From NCBI GenBank assembly GCA_965371805.1, contig CBDUZW010000004.1, forward strand, positions 82,954 through 146,953: a stretch of 64,000 nt of DNA, in the 5' to 3' direction. A model generated the notes under the pieces. It was not told where the DNA came from and ran no database searches. It saw only the letters and a program-made list of their open reading frames with translations. This DNA is from an uncultured bacterium. GTDB taxonomy: Bacteria > Acidobacteriota > Aminicenantia > UBA2199. Positions 1 to 10,258 of the stretch are shown here, one piece after another (the first letter of the stretch is position 1; the number at the start of each line of letters is the position of its first letter). A program made the translations under genes and the position numbers.

Positions 1-143
1 CATTTGTATTTAAAAATATATCTGCATATTTTGTTCCGGTTCCATTTGTTTCCTATTTTATCTATATCCTGTTTAATGACAAAAAAGAATCTATTTTTAC
101 AAAAAGGAATCTGAAAAATAGTTTATTAATAATAGCTGGTACC

Positions 144-1943
144 TTGTCTGTATTCTTAACATGGTATATCCTTTTTTATCTTCCAAATAAAGAGTGGATA
201 ATGAGTGCTCCTGGCAAATATATTGGGAATCAAGTTGTTCCAAAAACTATAAGTCAGGCAATTGGAAATTTTTTTGCGTTTAACTGGAAAGAACATTTTT
301 TTAAAATTCCAATTATATGGCTCTTTTCAATTTTATACCTCCCGGTTTTTTACAGAAAATTGATTTTAAAAAAAAGTGATATAACTGATTTAGCATTTAC
401 ATTTTTCTTTCTTTCTCATACTGTCTTCTTTATGTTTATGAACCATAGACCTACAAGGTATCTTCTTCCTGTTATTTTTGCTATGATATTTATGACTCTA
501 CAATTTTTTTCCTATTTATTGAACACAAAAGAAAAACAGGTAGGTCCTTCCATTATTCAAAGGATTCTATTCATTATTCTTGATACGATATGGGTTATTA
601 TAGGATATTATTTTTGTTTCTCTCCATTATTTTTTAAGTATTTTGGCATTTTAAAAGCAAAAAAAATATCTATATTTGTAATTATTTCTGCTATAATATT
701 TTCTGTACTAATAAGTTTTATTAAACCAGGATCTTTTTCAAAAATCAGAGGAATGTTTTTTAAGGAAAAAATTGCTTATATTACAGTGTCTATTCTCTTT
801 GCTCTATCACTTTTTTTTAACCTATATTATTTAAAGAAGTGGGATGATAATAAAACATATACCGTATTGAATATAAATAAAGATTTGAAGAAAAATCTTA
901 ATAATGCCTTTGTTGCAGGATTAACTGCCCCGGTTTCAGTTCTGGAGAATAAACACAGGTCATTATTTCTTTTTCCGGACTTTGTAAACTGGAATAATGA
1001 TGGAACAAAAAACGACACATTTATTAAGTATCCAATCTCTCATGCGTTACTGGCAAGTTTTAATCATGAAATATCTTTGTATTTTCAAAGCTGGCCTAAA
1101 AGAATGGAAAATGCAAAATTGTTAAAAAATTATAATGTGAAAGATCAGTTTCTTCATTTATATTCATTTATACATCCCTATATAGAAAAAATAAAGAGAT
1201 TGGATAACCTTAATTTTGAATTAATAATTAAAAATCCCAACTCTGGTAAAACCGATATATATATAAATGAAATTTATTTAAGTAAAGAAAGTATAAATGA
1301 AGAAATAAAAGGTTCAGATGTTTATATTAAAAAGGGTAAGAAATTTATTACACTTAATAATGGAACATTAAAAGATCATAGTAGTACAATTGTCAACATT
1401 ACTTTAGATGAAAGACGAATTAATAACTCAAAATCGATACTTTTTAATATTGAGACATCATTAGAAAAAGAAGCATTAAGATATGAAGGTGAAAAATTTC
1501 CAGGAAGAACTGGAATTAATAAAAAAGTTAAAAGTAGTTCAGCAAACTTTGTTAGAGTTTTTGATGGCAAAAAAAATAAAACAGGATTTCTGATTCATGG
1601 GCCTCATGTTCCATTTGAATATACACAAGGATTTGTAAAAGCGGAGTTCAGCTTGAGTTTTAATAGAATCAACAACAATATCAGTCCTGTTTGTACAATT
1701 GATCTTTTTGATAAGGATAAAAAACAAAAATTTACAGAGAAAACAATTATCCCCAAAAGGGATAAGACAGGTTTAAATGTTTTTAAAAATTACTCTATTT
1801 ATACACATATTCCTTCAACAAAAAAGATTGAGTTCAGATTAAAAACAGCAGATTTAGGAAATAAGAATGAGAAAGCCAATATTTATATTGACTATGTTGA
1901 TATTACATATTATCAGGGGAAGACTTTTTTATTTGAAAATTAA
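144..1943 (+). CDS. Hypothetical integral membrane protein: N-terminal multi-TM region plus a roughly 350-aa soluble C-terminal domain. The frame is open back to window position 1, so the gene may be 5'-partial or may start at the ATG at 201.
   Basis: Long ORF. Hydrophobic helices over the first ~230 aa, then an Asn/Lys-rich soluble domain. No stop codon upstream in this frame within the window. The given start is TTG. Confidence 0.5.
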   Translation: MSVFLTWYILFYLPNKEWIMSAPGKYIGNQVVPKTISQAIGNFFAFNWKEHFFKIPIIWLFSILYLPVFYRKLILKKSDITDLAFTFFFLSHTVFFMFMNHRPTRYLLPVIFAMIFMTLQFFSYLLNTKEKQVGPSIIQRILFIILDTIWVIIGYYFCFSPLFFKYFGILKAKKISIFVIISAIIFSVLISFIKPGSFSKIRGMFFKEKIAYITVSILFALSLFFNLYYLKKWDDNKTYTVLNINKDLKKNLNNAFVAGLTAPVSVLENKHRSLFLFPDFVNWNNDGTKNDTFIKYPISHALLASFNHEISLYFQSWPKRMENAKLLKNYNVKDQFLHLYSFIHPYIEKIKRLDNLNFELIIKNPNSGKTDIYINEIYLSKESINEEIKGSDVYIKKGKKFITLNNGTLKDHSSTIVNITLDERRINNSKSILFNIETSLEKEALRYEGEKFPGRTGINKKVKSSSANFVRVFDGKKNKTGFLIHGPHVPFEYTQGFVKAEFSLSFNRINNNISPVCTIDLFDKDKKQKFTEKTIIPKRDKTGLNVFKNYSIYTHIPSTKKIEFRLKTADLGNKNEKANIYIDYVDITYYQGKTFLFEN

Positions 1944-1964
1944 AATTTGTGGTACAATTAATTA

Positions 1965-3857
1965 ATGAAATTAACTAATTATCTAAATAAAAAAAAATCA
2001 ATTGTAATTATTGTTATAATACTGATAATCCTGGTTATGTTGGTAATGTTTTTATCAAAAAAGAATAAATTATCAAACCTGAATCTTATTGCAAACTCAC
2101 CGGTATATAAAATGCAAAAAAATGCATATCAAAGTTATTTAAATATAAAAAAAAAGTGGAAACTGGAAGGAGTATTTAAGTCTGATGATTTAAATATATT
2201 TTATAAAAAACAAAAATGGAATGGAAGAATACGTTATAATGATATCAGTTATCATGCATTTTTTACTGTGAACAATTCCGAAATAAGCTATTCCATTAAG
2301 GGTAACGACTTAAAAGGGATTAATTTTAAAATATTTAATCCGAAAAATTCAGTAATGACTTATTTCATAGATATTAAGATAAATAATAAAAAAAAGCAGA
2401 TTTTTAAGAAACATTTTAGCAAAAAAGCACTTTATAGTGACGAAATATACTTTCCTGAGCCTGTCAATGGAGATCTTGAAATTATTTTTTCATCTACTGG
2501 TAAAGGACTTGGTGCATGGATCAATCCCCGCTTAATAAAACAGAAAAAAGACCCAAATATTGTTGTAATTATTATGGTGGATACACTGAGATATGACCAT
2601 ACCTCATTATTTGGATATCACAGAAAAACAACTCCCTTCCTTAAAGAATTAGCAAAAGATTCAGTCTTTTATAATAATGCATTTTCGACAACTTCATGGA
2701 CACTACCTGCACATGTTTCGCTTTTTAGTGGAAAAAATTTAACAGAACATGGAGTTATTGCTCCAACTGACATTATTTCTTGGAAATATCCATTATTAGC
2801 AGAGATATTTCAAAAGAAGGGTTTTGTTACAGCAGCATTCACTGGGGGTGGGTTTGTCGAAGACAGTTATGGATTTTACAGAGGTTTTCAATATTATTCA
2901 AATGTTCCTGGTAGAGTATTCAGTATGAAGTCTGCAGAAAGAGTTTTTTCACATTTTAAAAATTATATAAGCCGATTTAAAGATAATGATTTATTTGTTT
3001 TTCTTCATACCTATCAAGTACATGCTCCCTATAAAGCGCCACGTGATTATATTAATAGGATAAAAAAAAATGTTAAAGGCAATCTTATTGGCATATCAAA
3101 ATTTATAAAGGATAAGAAAAATTATTTTAAGCCTATAAATGATGAACAAAAACAATTAATGATAGACCTATATGATGCATCAATTCTCTATACAGACGAA
3201 GTTCTTATTGGAAATGTGATGAATTATTTAAAGGAAAAAGGACATTATGATAATGCAACCATTGCTGTGTTGAGTGATCATGGAGAAGAATTTTATGATC
3301 ACGGAAGCTGGGAACATGGGCATACGGTTTATGGTGAATTAACTAAAATACCACTTATAATAAAGTTTCCTTCTAATAGTGAGAATAAAAAAAATATAGT
3401 TGATAATAAACTAACATCTATAAGTGATATTCCTGGAATTATTTTGAAAGAAAATGGTTTTGATAAAAATCAAAAAGATAGTATTCAAATTAGAAGAAAT
3501 AATTCAGATTATTTAATTCCTATATTACTCCCGGTATCACCAATTATTAAACAAATTACGCCAAAGATATCATTTATGACAAATGATTTTCATTTTATTT
3601 ATAATAAAATCGACAAAAATAAACTTAGCTTTTTTGACCCATCACCAGTAAAAAAAGAGGTTTATGAACTCTATGAGCACCAAACAGATAAAATAGAAGA
3701 AATAAATGTTTATAAAACACACTTAAAACTTCACAAAAAATATAAAACCTTAATAAAAAAATATTTAAATAGATTGGAAAAGATAAATACAAAAAAACAT
3801 AAAATTGATGAAAAATTAAAAAAAAAGTTAAAATCCTTAGGTTATCTTGGGAATTAA
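1965..3857 (+). CDS. Sulfatase-like hydrolase/transferase of the alkaline-phosphatase superfamily, with a single N-terminal TM anchor
   Basis: N-terminal hydrophobic helix. The metal-site motif VVIIMVDTLRYDH and the later SDHGEEFYDHGSWEHGH are typical of sulfatase, LTA-synthase and phosphoethanolamine-transferase folds. Confidence 0.8.
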   Translation: MKLTNYLNKKKSIVIIVIILIILVMLVMFLSKKNKLSNLNLIANSPVYKMQKNAYQSYLNIKKKWKLEGVFKSDDLNIFYKKQKWNGRIRYNDISYHAFFTVNNSEISYSIKGNDLKGINFKIFNPKNSVMTYFIDIKINNKKKQIFKKHFSKKALYSDEIYFPEPVNGDLEIIFSSTGKGLGAWINPRLIKQKKDPNIVVIIMVDTLRYDHTSLFGYHRKTTPFLKELAKDSVFYNNAFSTTSWTLPAHVSLFSGKNLTEHGVIAPTDIISWKYPLLAEIFQKKGFVTAAFTGGGFVEDSYGFYRGFQYYSNVPGRVFSMKSAERVFSHFKNYISRFKDNDLFVFLHTYQVHAPYKAPRDYINRIKKNVKGNLIGISKFIKDKKNYFKPINDEQKQLMIDLYDASILYTDEVLIGNVMNYLKEKGHYDNATIAVLSDHGEEFYDHGSWEHGHTVYGELTKIPLIIKFPSNSENKKNIVDNKLTSISDIPGIILKENGFDKNQKDSIQIRRNNSDYLIPILLPVSPIIKQITPKISFMTNDFHFIYNKIDKNKLSFFDPSPVKKEVYELYEHQTDKIEEINVYKTHLKLHKKYKTLIKKYLNRLEKINTKKHKIDEKLKKKLKSLGYLGN

Positions 3858-4159
3858 TGTTTTTAATGTTAATAGTTACTGTCTTAAATAAGGTTTTATA
3901 GACAGCAACTCTTCATCGTTTTTATCTAATATTTTTATTGAATTAATAATAACACCTCATTTCATAGAATTGAAAGCAATTAAAGAGTATATTTCTAACT
4001 TTATGAATTTTGCTTTTTTTTGTTATTTTGGCTTTATATGAGCTTTATTGCTATTTATATCAGGAATTTTTATTAGAGCTTGCGAAATTACTGATCAATT
4101 ATATAAAAAAAACCTTAAAAACAAAGCCTTTGATAACATAATTTTAGTACTTTTTATAT

Positions 4160-6232
4160 TTATACCTTGGGAATTAAATTAATATCTACTAATTCAACAT
4201 GAGAATCAAAATCAATTGAAATGAATATACCTTCAAGGTTTTTTTTAAATTTCTTAAAGATATGTTCTATTATTTTTGAATTATTGATTTTTTTTGATAT
4301 TGAATATTTTTTTTTGTAATCCATTATTGAAAAAACAATACTTCCAGTAAAAGGTTCTCGAAGTTTTAGTTGTATTTGTCTGGTTTTTAAATGAAACCAG
4401 GAATACCTACGTTTAATTTTTGTAATAGGAAAATTTTCAATTACTTTTACAATAGTATGCTTTTTGTTTATTTTAATAATTCTGAAATAATCTTTTTGTT
4501 TTCCAATAAACATTTTAAGATCTTTTTTATTTACTTCAAATTTACTGTTCTCCCAATTAAATATTATATAATTGACTGAATAGTTCTCTAATAACCATTT
4601 GATTTTATCATTATTTATAATATTTTTAGAACTATATAATTTTTCATATATAATTGCATTATTTGGAACAGCTCTATATGCTGTCCGGCCATTAATATAA
4701 TAATTTGAATGAAAAAATGAATTTATTGTGTAACGACTATTTCTAATAGAACGTCTATTAAAAGAGTATATAGGTAATTCAAGTATTATTTTATCTTTTT
4801 CCTTTAAAATATTTTTTGTAAATTTTAATTTATCTAAGATAAATCCTTTATTAATATACATATGCTTATAGTTTTCTGCGAAAATAAAAACAAGAATGAT
4901 AAAAAAAAATGTTTTTTTATGTTTTATTTTTTTAAAAATAATTATAAACCCTTCAACAGAAATTAATGTAATTAGCAGAACTGCTAGTATTAAAATCCTA
5001 TGATAAAATCTGAAATTAGCCAATTGTGGAATTATTTTTGTAAAAAATCCATAAATTGAAAAATTAAGACCATTAAATATTAAAGAATATTTATAGTATA
5101 CTAAAATAATAAGTAAACTTAAGGGATAAAACAATTTTAATTCCATTGAGAGAGATTCTCTTTTAAAAATATAACTAAATAACATATAAAAAACAATAAG
5201 TATAAATAACCAATTTGCTAATTGATACATTTTATTTATTTCAAAAATAAATGATAGAAAAAGCAAAAAAGTCAAAATAATCGGAATCAAAAAATATTTA
5301 CTTTTTTTAAAAAGTGGGATAAAAAAAAGAAAAAATATAGTAAATCCTGGGAAAAAAGTTTTAAATGGATCTTTCTCATTTTGAATTCCAATTTTCTTAA
5401 GTAACAATGAACCAGAATTAAAAATTTCTGAAGTAGAGATTAGTGTTTTATAATTATTATTAAAATTTCTTTTTAATCCTGCATCTCCAATTGTTGTAAA
5501 AAAGGGATGATATATAATTATTAATAATAATAAAAAAGGAAGAACGGATATTACTAGTTTTTTAAATTTTTTTATTGATAAGAATTTATACAAAAAGGAC
5601 AATAGAATTATAAGTGGAATCAAAATAGCTGTTGAATAAAACCCATGATAAACACTAAATATACCTTGTAAGAGAATAAATAAACCCGTTTTAATTCCAT
5701 CTTTTATTAGTCCATATTTTAAAAATTTTATAAGAAAATACAAAATATAGGGAATAAAAAAAAAAGAAAAAACATTTAACACTCCAAAATGAGTTTTCTG
5801 AAATGGAAGCAAAAGATATATTATTGAGCCCAAATATGATGCTGCATTAGAATTTGAAGTTTCCTTTATAAGCAAAAAGAAACCAATACTCCCAATATAT
5901 AGTGCAAATAATAAATAAAGAGAATAACAGGAATTTAGATTTAAATTAAAAAGTTTTTTAAAAATAAAGAAGAATAATGACTCTCCATACAGGGGATGAC
6001 CATGAAAAGTAATATAGGACTCTGGATAATAATAATTCAAATGGTATAAAGAGTTAAAGCCATTTGTTAAAAAATTAATATTCCATCCAATAACACTCAT
6101 AATATAATATGAGTCAGGGGATGGATTAAATGGAACCTTTGACTCTAAAGCAGATTTTACTATTGGAAAATAAAGCGATATAACTATAACAAAAATAATT
6201 ATTAATGAGACTTTTTTCATAAAAAAAACCAC
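4160..6232 (-). CDS. Large polytopic membrane protein (690 aa, more than 10 predicted TM helices); possible membrane glycosyltransferase or polymerase-like protein
   Basis: Long ORF dominated by hydrophobic segments, with a periplasmic-type C-terminal domain. No specific motif recognised. Confidence 0.45.
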   Translation of the reverse strand: MVFFMKKVSLIIIFVIVISLYFPIVKSALESKVPFNPSPDSYYIMSVIGWNINFLTNGFNSLYHLNYYYPESYITFHGHPLYGESLFFFIFKKLFNLNLNSCYSLYLLFALYIGSIGFFLLIKETSNSNAASYLGSIIYLLLPFQKTHFGVLNVFSFFFIPYILYFLIKFLKYGLIKDGIKTGLFILLQGIFSVYHGFYSTAILIPLIILLSFLYKFLSIKKFKKLVISVLPFLLLLIIIYHPFFTTIGDAGLKRNFNNNYKTLISTSEIFNSGSLLLKKIGIQNEKDPFKTFFPGFTIFFLFFIPLFKKSKYFLIPIILTFLLFLSFIFEINKMYQLANWLFILIVFYMLFSYIFKRESLSMELKLFYPLSLLIILVYYKYSLIFNGLNFSIYGFFTKIIPQLANFRFYHRILILAVLLITLISVEGFIIIFKKIKHKKTFFFIILVFIFAENYKHMYINKGFILDKLKFTKNILKEKDKIILELPIYSFNRRSIRNSRYTINSFFHSNYYINGRTAYRAVPNNAIIYEKLYSSKNIINNDKIKWLLENYSVNYIIFNWENSKFEVNKKDLKMFIGKQKDYFRIIKINKKHTIVKVIENFPITKIKRRYSWFHLKTRQIQLKLREPFTGSIVFSIMDYKKKYSISKKINNSKIIEHIFKKFKKNLEGIFISIDFDSHVELVDINLIPKV

Positions 6233-6329
6233 CTATTTTAAATGTACTTTTCTATGTGTAGCAAACATAAATGCATTTAAACATAAATTTGCATTATTAT
6301 CAAGTATATTGACTTAAAAAACAGACATA

Positions 6330-7183
6330 ATTACTGGTTAGTAGAACAGGGAGTTTCAACCAGCCTCTCTTAGAACGATAGGTGAACCTCTCAGCTCATA
6401 CCACTCCCGCCGTCCAAAGCTCATCCTCCTACCCTAAACCCAAAACACCAATGTGCAAATAATCCCGGCATTGTACTACTAACATTATTTAACCACTTTT
6501 TTAGCCCCTTTGATGTCATGCCTGAATCGCTTATACTTATTACGAATCCATTTCCATAATCTAAAATTTAACTTAAAAAGGAAGGAACTTAAACATCGTT
6601 TATGAAATTATCCATAGTAATTTATCCAACCTTGTACCTTTGGGTTTATCAGTTTCGCAATATCTTCTATACTAAGATCTGTTCTCAAATGTATTTTCAT
6701 TCTCCGTATTTCACTACCCATTTTCTTTATTGCTTCATTACTAGCTCCGGGTAAAAATTCTTTGAATTTTCTCCCCTTAGGTGATTTTGCTGTTCTTTCA
6801 CGAAATGAGTATCCCGGAAATGTGAATTCCGAATTTTCATGTTTAGCTTTACGATTACTATCCTTGCAGTAGATAATCTTTGTCTTTTCCGGATGAAGTT
6901 CCAGTTTGCATTTTTCCAACCTCTTACTGATTTTAGCTAATACAAACACCGCTTGCCTGAAACTTTTGCAATGTACAATTGCATCATCTGCATAACGCTC
7001 AAACGCCAGAGATGGAAACTCTCTTTCCAGCCACTTATTAAATGCATAATGTAGAAAAATATTTACCAAAAAAGGACTATTAACTCCTCCTTGAGGGGTT
7101 CCTTTAGAACGTTCTTCAATATTTCCATTCTTCTTCTGTACAGGTGCTTTCAATGTACATCTTTTGAAGATGATAAAAAGCAA
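6330..7183 (-). mobile_element. Truncated group II intron: C-terminal part of the intron-encoded reverse transcriptase/maturase plus a GC-rich 3' intron RNA segment (domain V/VI region)
   Basis: The ORF at 6608-7183 encodes RT motifs including FERYADDAIVHC (YADD) and the maturase X-domain tail QGWINYYG. The N-terminal RT domains 0-4 are missing. 6330-6600 is locally GC-rich and paired, which is unusual for this genome. Confidence 0.75.
6608..7183 (-). pseudogene. Group II intron reverse transcriptase/maturase, N-terminally truncated fragment (191 aa)
   Basis: YADD motif, thumb/X domain, and C-terminal QGWINYYG. Lacks RT domains 0-4, so it is non-functional. Confidence 0.75.
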
Positions 7184-7417
7184 CTGTTAATAAATCTTTA
7201 TGAGGCATCAATTCTCTATACAGATGAAACGCTTATCGGCAATGTAGTAAAACAGTTAAAAGAATTCGGATACTTTAAAAATCCTAAAATTTCATAGTAA
7301 ATTTAAAAAATTGATTAAACTATATTTAAAAAAAACAGTAGTTTTAACCAAAAAAAAAAGCACTATTGACAAAAAATTGGTAAAAAAATTAAAATCACTA
7401 GGGTATCTCGGCAATTA
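7141..7417 (+). pseudogene. C-terminal remnant of a sulfatase paralog (homologous to the 1965-3857 gene), broken into two frames with an internal deletion
   Basis: Translation 7141-7294 gives DDKKQLLINLYEASILYTDETLIGNVVKQLKEFGY. The intact sulfatase has DEQKQLMIDLYDASILYTDEVLIGNVMNYLKEKGHY. 7340-7417 encodes ...KKLVKKLKSLGYLGN*, the same as the sulfatase C-terminus KLKKKLKSLGYLGN*. Confidence 0.7.
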
Positions 7418-8431
7418 ATAAATTTTTAATCTCTTTAGTTCCTCTCTAACTTTGACAGAAAATTCTTTTGCTCCTCTTTGATTTAAATGATCGGGATCAT
7501 GAAAGAAAATCCCATCATTTCTAAAAAACAAATTATGAAAATCTAAAATTTGTACATTTCTGTATTTTTTTATCATAAATGTAATTTTGTTATAGTAATT
7601 TTCAACTTTTACTATTTTTGCTGCATATTCATAATAAATTTTTGAAACAGGATATTTAACTAAAATAAGTTTTATGTTATGTTTTAAGCATATTTGCAAG
7701 ATTTTTTTAAAATATTTTTTGACAGTTTTGTCGAATGATTTTTGCTTATAATAATGTAAACCTATCCTTTGCTTAGTTCTCTTCCCTCTTTTATAAAAAA
7801 AATCATTCTTTTTTATTACAAAGCCTTGAAAAACCATTGGTTTGACTCGAGCCTTTCTTTTTTTTGATGGAGTAAAATTAAATATAGTTTTAAATTCACC
7901 TAAATAGGGAAATAATTTAGCACTTATATATTTTCCTATAAATCTTAGTGGCATTTTTTTTTCAGATCCAAGTTCCAAATAATTAACATATCTTATCCAG
8001 TAAAAGTCATGCCAAAATCTATCTGCCCGCCATGTTGAAAAAGTATGAAGATCAATTGGCAATATCACAGTTTTTAATTTATTATTTTTTTCAAGTATAT
8101 ATTTCAGCTTGTAATAATTATAAATGTAATTTTCTCCAAAAGAGGAGAAATTAAATCCATTTTTAAATACTCTGGGATCAAATCCTGTAGCGGCATGAGA
8201 ATCTCCTAAAGCGATTATTTCAGTTTTATTTTCAGCTTTATGACATTGAACATCAACTTTATATGCCCTGCTATTATAAAGTTTTTTTTTTATAAATAGA
8301 TTTGAAAAAAAATAATTTAAACTGAAAAAAATAATAAAAAATAATCCGAATTTTACTATACGTTTGAATATATATTTTTTCGATTTCTTAGAATTGTCCA
8401 TAAATAAACTCAGTTTTTTGGTATATTCCAA
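7415..8431 (-). CDS. SGNH/DltD/AlgJ-like periplasmic protein, the probable acyl-transfer partner of the adjacent MBOAT
   Basis: N-terminal TM anchor and an IIALGDSHAATGFDP motif (GDSx-like). Lies immediately downstream of the MBOAT gene and overlaps it, an operon arrangement typical of AlgI/AlgJ and DltB/DltD systems. Confidence 0.45.
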   Translation of the reverse strand: MEYTKKLSLFMDNSKKSKKYIFKRIVKFGLFFIIFFSLNYFFSNLFIKKKLYNSRAYKVDVQCHKAENKTEIIALGDSHAATGFDPRVFKNGFNFSSFGENYIYNYYKLKYILEKNNKLKTVILPIDLHTFSTWRADRFWHDFYWIRYVNYLELGSEKKMPLRFIGKYISAKLFPYLGEFKTIFNFTPSKKRKARVKPMVFQGFVIKKNDFFYKRGKRTKQRIGLHYYKQKSFDKTVKKYFKKILQICLKHNIKLILVKYPVSKIYYEYAAKIVKVENYYNKITFMIKKYRNVQILDFHNLFFRNDGIFFHDPDHLNQRGAKEFSVKVREELKRLKIY

Positions 8432-9890
8432 AAATCAATATTGAAAAAATAAAAAAAAAGTAGATACTCCATCTTAACCATATTTTTATGTTATTAACCA
8501 ACAGAAAAGAGTCCTTTTTTTCAAGAAAATACTCAACAAATAGCAAGATTAATATAGCTATTATTGAGATATAAAAATTACCATAAGATATCCCCCCAAT
8601 AGAATTGATACTTTGAACTGATTTTCCAGACGCTAAGTTTTGACCAGAGAAAAAACGGCCAATTATAGAAAAAGCCTTTTCAAAAGATTCCGCTCTAAAA
8701 AATATCCATAGAAATGAAATTGAAAAAAATGTGAATATTCTTTTTATAAGAAAATGTATCTTTGGTGATTGTTTTAACTTAATCTTTTTCACAAAGTTTT
8801 TTCTGATTTTTCTTGTTAATAGTGAAAAAACTAATAATATACCATGGAGGAAGCCCCAAAACACAAAAGTCCATTTTGCTCCATGCCATAAACCACATAA
8901 TATCATTGTAATGAGAGTGCCTGAAATATATCCCCAAACTTCAACTTTTTTAAATAAAAATTTTGATCGGTCAAATTGTTTCATAAATGAGTAGGATAAA
9001 GGGAGAAAGAGGTAATCCCGAAGCCAAAGTGATAATGAGATATGCCATCTTTTCCAGAAATCAGATATTGATATTGCAAAATATGGCTGTTTAAAATTGG
9101 CCATTAATTTAAAGCCTAATATTCGACTTAAACCGATCACGATGTCAGTATAACCTGAAAAATCGCAGTATATTTGGAATGAATAAAAAAGAACTGCAAT
9201 CATTACCGTTGTTCTCGAAAAAGCATCAGGGCTGACAAAAACTGAATCTACCATAATCCCGACCCGATCTGCTATAACAAGCTTTTTAAAAAGCCCCCAG
9301 CCAACCAATTGTAAACCTTCTGTAATTTGATTTAGATTGAATTTCAGATCATTTTTAAACTGTTCTAAAAGATTACTTGCTCTATCAATAGGACCTGCAA
9401 TTAATTCAGGGAAAAAGGATATATATAATGCAAAGTGAACAAAATCTTTTTCAGCTTTTAACTGGCCTCGATAGACATCTGTCAGATAGCTTAATTTTTT
9501 AAAAATATAATATGAAATTCCAATAGGTAATAAGATTCTTGCAGGTGAAAATTTATTACTAATATTAAAGGATCCAAATATTGTGTTAATGAATTCAGTA
9601 AAAAAATCAAGATATTTAAAGGTAATTAATATGCCTGCATTTATGAATATTATAAGAAGAAATATAAGTTTTTTCTTAAAGTTTCTATTTATACTATCTA
9701 TCCATAATGCAAAAATGTAATCCAATATAGTCAGGGTTATAAGAAGGAGTAAATATTTATAAGAAAAACTCAAATAGAAATAATAGCTTGCAATAAGCAA
9801 AGATAAACTGCGAAAAAAAGGTGAAAGCATAGAACTAACTATCAAAATTATAGTAAAAAATATAAAAAATTCAAAACTTAAAAATTCCAT
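8388..9890 (-). CDS. MBOAT-family membrane-bound O-acyltransferase (AlgI/DltB-like)
   Basis: 500-aa polytopic protein with the conserved MBOAT histidine region FWKRWHISLSLWLRDYLFLPL. Confidence 0.8.
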   Translation of the reverse strand: MEFLSFEFFIFFTIILIVSSMLSPFFRSLSLLIASYYFYLSFSYKYLLLLITLTILDYIFALWIDSINRNFKKKLIFLLIIFINAGILITFKYLDFFTEFINTIFGSFNISNKFSPARILLPIGISYYIFKKLSYLTDVYRGQLKAEKDFVHFALYISFFPELIAGPIDRASNLLEQFKNDLKFNLNQITEGLQLVGWGLFKKLVIADRVGIMVDSVFVSPDAFSRTTVMIAVLFYSFQIYCDFSGYTDIVIGLSRILGFKLMANFKQPYFAISISDFWKRWHISLSLWLRDYLFLPLSYSFMKQFDRSKFLFKKVEVWGYISGTLITMILCGLWHGAKWTFVFWGFLHGILLVFSLLTRKIRKNFVKKIKLKQSPKIHFLIKRIFTFFSISFLWIFFRAESFEKAFSIIGRFFSGQNLASGKSVQSINSIGGISYGNFYISIIAILILLFVEYFLEKKDSFLLVNNIKIWLRWSIYFFFIFSILIFGIYQKTEFIYGQF

Positions 9891-10193
9891 TTAATTCTTT
9901 TATCAAAAAATTTTGTCAATCTTCAGCCCATATTTAGTATACATATCCAAGATTTTTTATGTTTTTCTTCATATTTAAATTGTTCATTTATATTTATATT
10001 TGTCTAGTTTTATAGCAATTGTTGATAATATCATAAGAGCGTTTTAGAGTCAATTCTGTGATTGATCTTATTACAGTTTTTACTTTTCAATAATCTGTGT
10101 TTTATAAATTTAAGAAATATGAACCCTTAAAAAAGAAATAATTAAAAATTCCAAAAATATATAATAAAACCATAAAATACTTGTAAATATCTA

Positions 10194-10229
10194 TTGACGA
10201 TCACGTTTAAATTGGTACAATGTATAATA
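10194..10229 (+). promoter_or_regulatory. Candidate sigma70-type promoter for rocD
   Basis: TTGACG, then a 16-nt spacer, then TACAAT (TATAAT follows). Located about 35 nt upstream of the strong RBS AAGAGGTG. AT-rich background makes chance matches likely. Confidence 0.3.
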
Positions 10230-10258
10230 AATAATTAAAATTAAAAAAGAGGTGAAAA

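Noticed and set aside
6330-6600. Attempt to assign exact group II intron domain V/VI boundaries
   Set aside because: A GGGAGT...ACTCCC pairing and other hairpins are visible, but I could not confidently map the catalytic AGC triad or the bulged A by eye. Left as an unrefined intron 3' region.
7091-7297. 68-aa ORF listed as a possible gene
   Set aside because: It is the in-frame portion of the decayed sulfatase paralog and the frame of the intron fragment. Not an independent gene.
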